From NCBI GenBank assembly GCA_963737265.1, contig CAVTRY010000015.1, positions 1 to 64,000 on the forward strand: a DNA stretch of 64,000 bases, read 5' to 3'. Shown here one piece after another: positions 61,605 to 64,000 of this stretch. The stretch's first letter is position 1, and every line of letters begins with the position of its first letter. The stretch comes from an uncultured delta proteobacterium. Its GTDB lineage: Bacteria > Myxococcota_A > Polyangia > Fen-1088. The position numbers were made by a program, and so were the translations under genes. The notes beneath the pieces are model-generated. The model did no database searches. It was not told where the DNA came from and saw nothing but the letters and a program-made list of their open reading frames with translations.

Positions 61605-61895
61605 TTACTTTTCGATCACGCCCAGCACTTCTTCCTCGCGCAGGATGATGTGCTCGGTGCCGTCGATCTTGATCTCGGATCCGCTGTATTTTCCGAACAG
61701 CACGCGGTCGCCCTTCTTCACTTCCAGGGGGCGAATCTCGCCCTTGTCGTTGGGCTTGCCACCGCCCACGGCGATGACCTCGCCTTCGGCCGGCTTTTCC
61801 TTGGCGGTGTCGGGAATGATGATGCCGCCCTTCGTCTTCTCTTCCTCGGCGACGCGGCGAACTAGAATGCGATCATGTAGCGGGCGAACTTTCAT
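61605..61895 (-). CDS. groES: Co-chaperonin GroES
   Basis: [28 protein letters not shown]. Confidence 0.97.
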   Translation of the reverse strand: MKVRPLHDRILVRRVAEEEKTKGGIIIPDTAKEKPAEGEVIAVGGGKPNDKGEIRPLEVKKGDRVLFGKYSGSEIKIDGTEHIILREEEVLGVIEK

Positions 61896-61922
61896 CGAAT
61901 CTGCCTCCGTTTGGGGTCGTGG

Positions 61923-61949
61923 CTAGCAGTCCCTTATTGTGACTGCCAA
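61923..61949 (-). promoter_or_regulatory. CIRCE-like HrcA operator
   Basis: TTGGCAGTC-N9-GACTGCTAG vs consensus TTAGCACTC-N9-GAGTGCTAA, just upstream of groES. Confidence 0.8.
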
Positions 61950-62007
61950 TGGTAGGTCGCCAATCTATGCACCAAAACCGGCAAGTCAACCCGCCGGCCG
62001 TCGAATT

Positions 62008-62856
62008 TCACCCCAGACGCAAGTTGTCGATGAGTCTTGTTGCGCCAACGAAAGCCGCTACCAGCATGACCGCCGGGCGGTCCAGGCGTTCGACCGGGAG
62101 AAGCGAATCGAGGTCGCAAACCTCGATATAGTCGACGCGATCCACGCCAGTTCTTATCTTGGCAAGCGCCGCCTCGACCAGCGCACCGGCCCGCCGCTCG
62201 CCCGCGGCGAAGCGTTCGCTGGCCGCCGCCAGCCCTTGATGGATAGCGAGCGCACGCGCACGGTCCACTGGTGACAGATAAACATTGCGCGACGACATGG
62301 CCAGGCCGTCCGCCTCGCGTACGATGGGGTGGCCGATGATTTCGACAGGCAAATTCAGGTCCGCGACCATGCGCCGGATGACCGCGAGCTGCTGAAAGTC
62401 CTTCTCGCCGAAGATGGCGATGTGGGGCCGCACGATGTTGAAGAGCTTGCACACCACCGTGGCCACACCGGTGAAATGTCCCGGCCGCCGCTCGCCGCAC
62501 AGCCCTTGCGACACCTCGCGCACGTCGATGAAGGTTTGGGCGCCGGGCAAGTACATGTCATCCGCAGCGGGCACGAAGGCCACGTCGGTACTCGCGGCCG
62601 TCGCCTTCGCCAAATCGCCCTCAAGGTCGCGCGGGTAGCGGGCCAGATCCTCCTTCGGTCCGAATTGCGTGGGATTGACAAAAATGGAAAGCACGACGCG
62701 CTCTCCTCGCTTGCGCGCGTCGGAAAGCAGCGCAACGTGCCCCGCGTGCAAGGCGCCCATGGTGGGGACGAAGGCGATACGCTCGCCGCGCGCTCGCGCC
62801 GCCTCGGACCAGGCGCTCATCGCGGCCGGCGTGGTGATGACTTGAATGTTGGACAT
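62008..62856 (-). CDS. panC: Pantoate--beta-alanine ligase
   Basis: FVPTMGALHAGH, SIFVNPTQF, RPGHF.GV, FGEKDFQQL, READGLAMSSRN, RLIDN. Confidence 0.96.
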   Translation of the reverse strand: MSNIQVITTPAAMSAWSEAARARGERIAFVPTMGALHAGHVALLSDARKRGERVVLSIFVNPTQFGPKEDLARYPRDLEGDLAKATAASTDVAFVPAADDMYLPGAQTFIDVREVSQGLCGERRPGHFTGVATVVCKLFNIVRPHIAIFGEKDFQQLAVIRRMVADLNLPVEIIGHPIVREADGLAMSSRNVYLSPVDRARALAIHQGLAAASERFAAGERRAGALVEAALAKIRTGVDRVDYIEVCDLDSLLPVERLDRPAVMLVAAFVGATRLIDNLRLG

Positions 62857-63046
62857 CGCGACGGTTTTGCCACGATTTGAGTCCGCTGACGACGGTCGGC
62901 GTCGGGCCGATCGCCTGGGCGAAAGACAGGGCTGGGCCGGTACCGGCGGCATTCACGCCGGCGCCAGTCAGGATGGTCCGCAAAATTCAGCGAAACAGAA
63001 GCTCATGAAGCTGGCATAATTTGTTGTACCCTACGGGGTTGCCGCC

Positions 63047-64000
63047 GTGAGTGAAAAGAGAGATTACTACGAAGTCCTGGGCGTAAGCCGCGATGCCGAC
63101 TCAGCCGAGCTCAAGCGCGCCTATCGCAAGCTCGCCCTTGATCTGCATCCAGATCGCAATCCCGGCGATAGCGAGGCGGAGGCGCGTTTCAAGGAAGCGT
63201 CGGAGGCCTATCAGGTTCTCTCCGATGCCGAAAAGCGCGGCCTTTACGACAGGTTCGGCCACGACGGCCCGCGCGGTGGTTTCGGCGGGGGCGGCTTCTC
63301 GAACGTGGGCGATATCTTCTCGGCGTTCGGCGACATCTTCGGCGACATGTTCGGCGGCTTCGCTGGCGCTTCGGCACGAGCCTCCGCGCGTGGTGCCGAC
63401 ATCGAAACCCACGTCGAGCTGAGCCTAGCCGAGGTCGCCGCCGGCGCGAGCAAAGAGGTTGGCGTCCGTCGGCGCGTGGCGTGCAAGGGTTGCGGGGGCT
63501 CGGGTGCGGCCGCGGGAACCGGGCGCGAAAGGTGCCAGCAGTGCGGAGGGCGCGGGCAAGTCATGCACCAGCAGGGCTTCCTCATGATTCAGACGACCTG
63601 TCCCATCTGCCGCGGTGAAGGCTCCATTGTGCGCAAGCCGTGTCAGACGTGCAAAGGCGGTGGGCTGACGGTGGCCGAGGAGCGGCTGCAGGTCAACATT
63701 CCCGCCGGCGTCGAAGACGGTTCGACCTTGCGGATGACCGGTCGTGGCGAGGCAGCGCCAGGCAACGGCCAGCCTGGCAACCTCTACGTCACTTTGCACG
63801 TGGCGAACGATCCGCGTTTCGAACGCGATGGCGCGGATTTGCACACGCAGGTTTTGCTTTCCTTCCCACAAGCGGCGCTGGGCGCGACACTCAAAGCACC
63901 GTCGCTCGACGGTGAGATCGACCTGGCCGTGCCCGCGGGCACGCAACCCGGCGACGCCCTGAGCCTGCGCGGCAAGGGGCTACCGCGCCTGCAAGGCCGC
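63047..64000 (+). CDS. dnaJ: Chaperone DnaJ (3' end outside window)
   Basis: GTG start [13 protein letters not shown] motif, G/F region, four CxxCxGxG Zn-finger repeats. Confidence 0.95.
   Translation, partial: MSEKRDYYEVLGVSRDADSAELKRAYRKLALDLHPDRNPGDSEAEARFKEASEAYQVLSDAEKRGLYDRFGHDGPRGGFGGGGFSNVGDIFSAFGDIFGDMFGGFAGASARASARGADIETHVELSLAEVAAGASKEVGVRRRVACKGCGGSGAAAGTGRERCQQCGGRGQVMHQQGFLMIQTTCPICRGEGSIVRKPCQTCKGGGLTVAEERLQVNIPAGVEDGSTLRMTGRGEAAPGNGQPGNLYVTLHVANDPRFERDGADLHTQVLLSFPQAALGATLKAPSLDGEIDLAVPAGTQPGDALSLRGKGLPRLQGR

Overview
GC-rich bacterial chromosome segment. Gene content (MshEN protein, D-A/G-G low-complexity lipoproteins, fimU-pilV-pilW minor pilins, CBM9-like and CAP lipoproteins, anti-sigma-like TPR gene) suggests Myxococcota/Polyangia; this is inference. 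About 60 genes. Housekeeping genes are uppS, cdsA, rne/rng, ccsA-hemA, aat, purU, rlmD, pgm, groES/EL with a CIRCE-like operator, panC and dnaJ, plus a MarR-MacAB-TolC-type efflux operon. The most notable feature is a compact biosynthetic cluster at 46.8-54.5 kb. It joins a proline-to-pyrrole(ine) starter module (PltE/RedW-type dehydrogenase, Pro-type A domain, PCP) to a dissociated type II PKS (ACP, KS, Cys-less CLF, KR) and two left-handed beta-helix acyltransferases, with no dehydratase visible. Also present: a 3 kb mosaic island between ~97 bp direct repeats in a gene 3' end, two related MITEs (one with mismatched ends), a duplicated 27 bp ECF-like promoter around a module with no sigma factor gene, an inverted heptamer-repeat element, and three adjacent protein N-terminus-modifying enzymes. 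Seven single-base frameshifts, including one in groEL, are most likely long-read sequencing errors. No rRNA, tRNA or CRISPR array was recognised. All family calls come from motif recognition by eye, not database searches.
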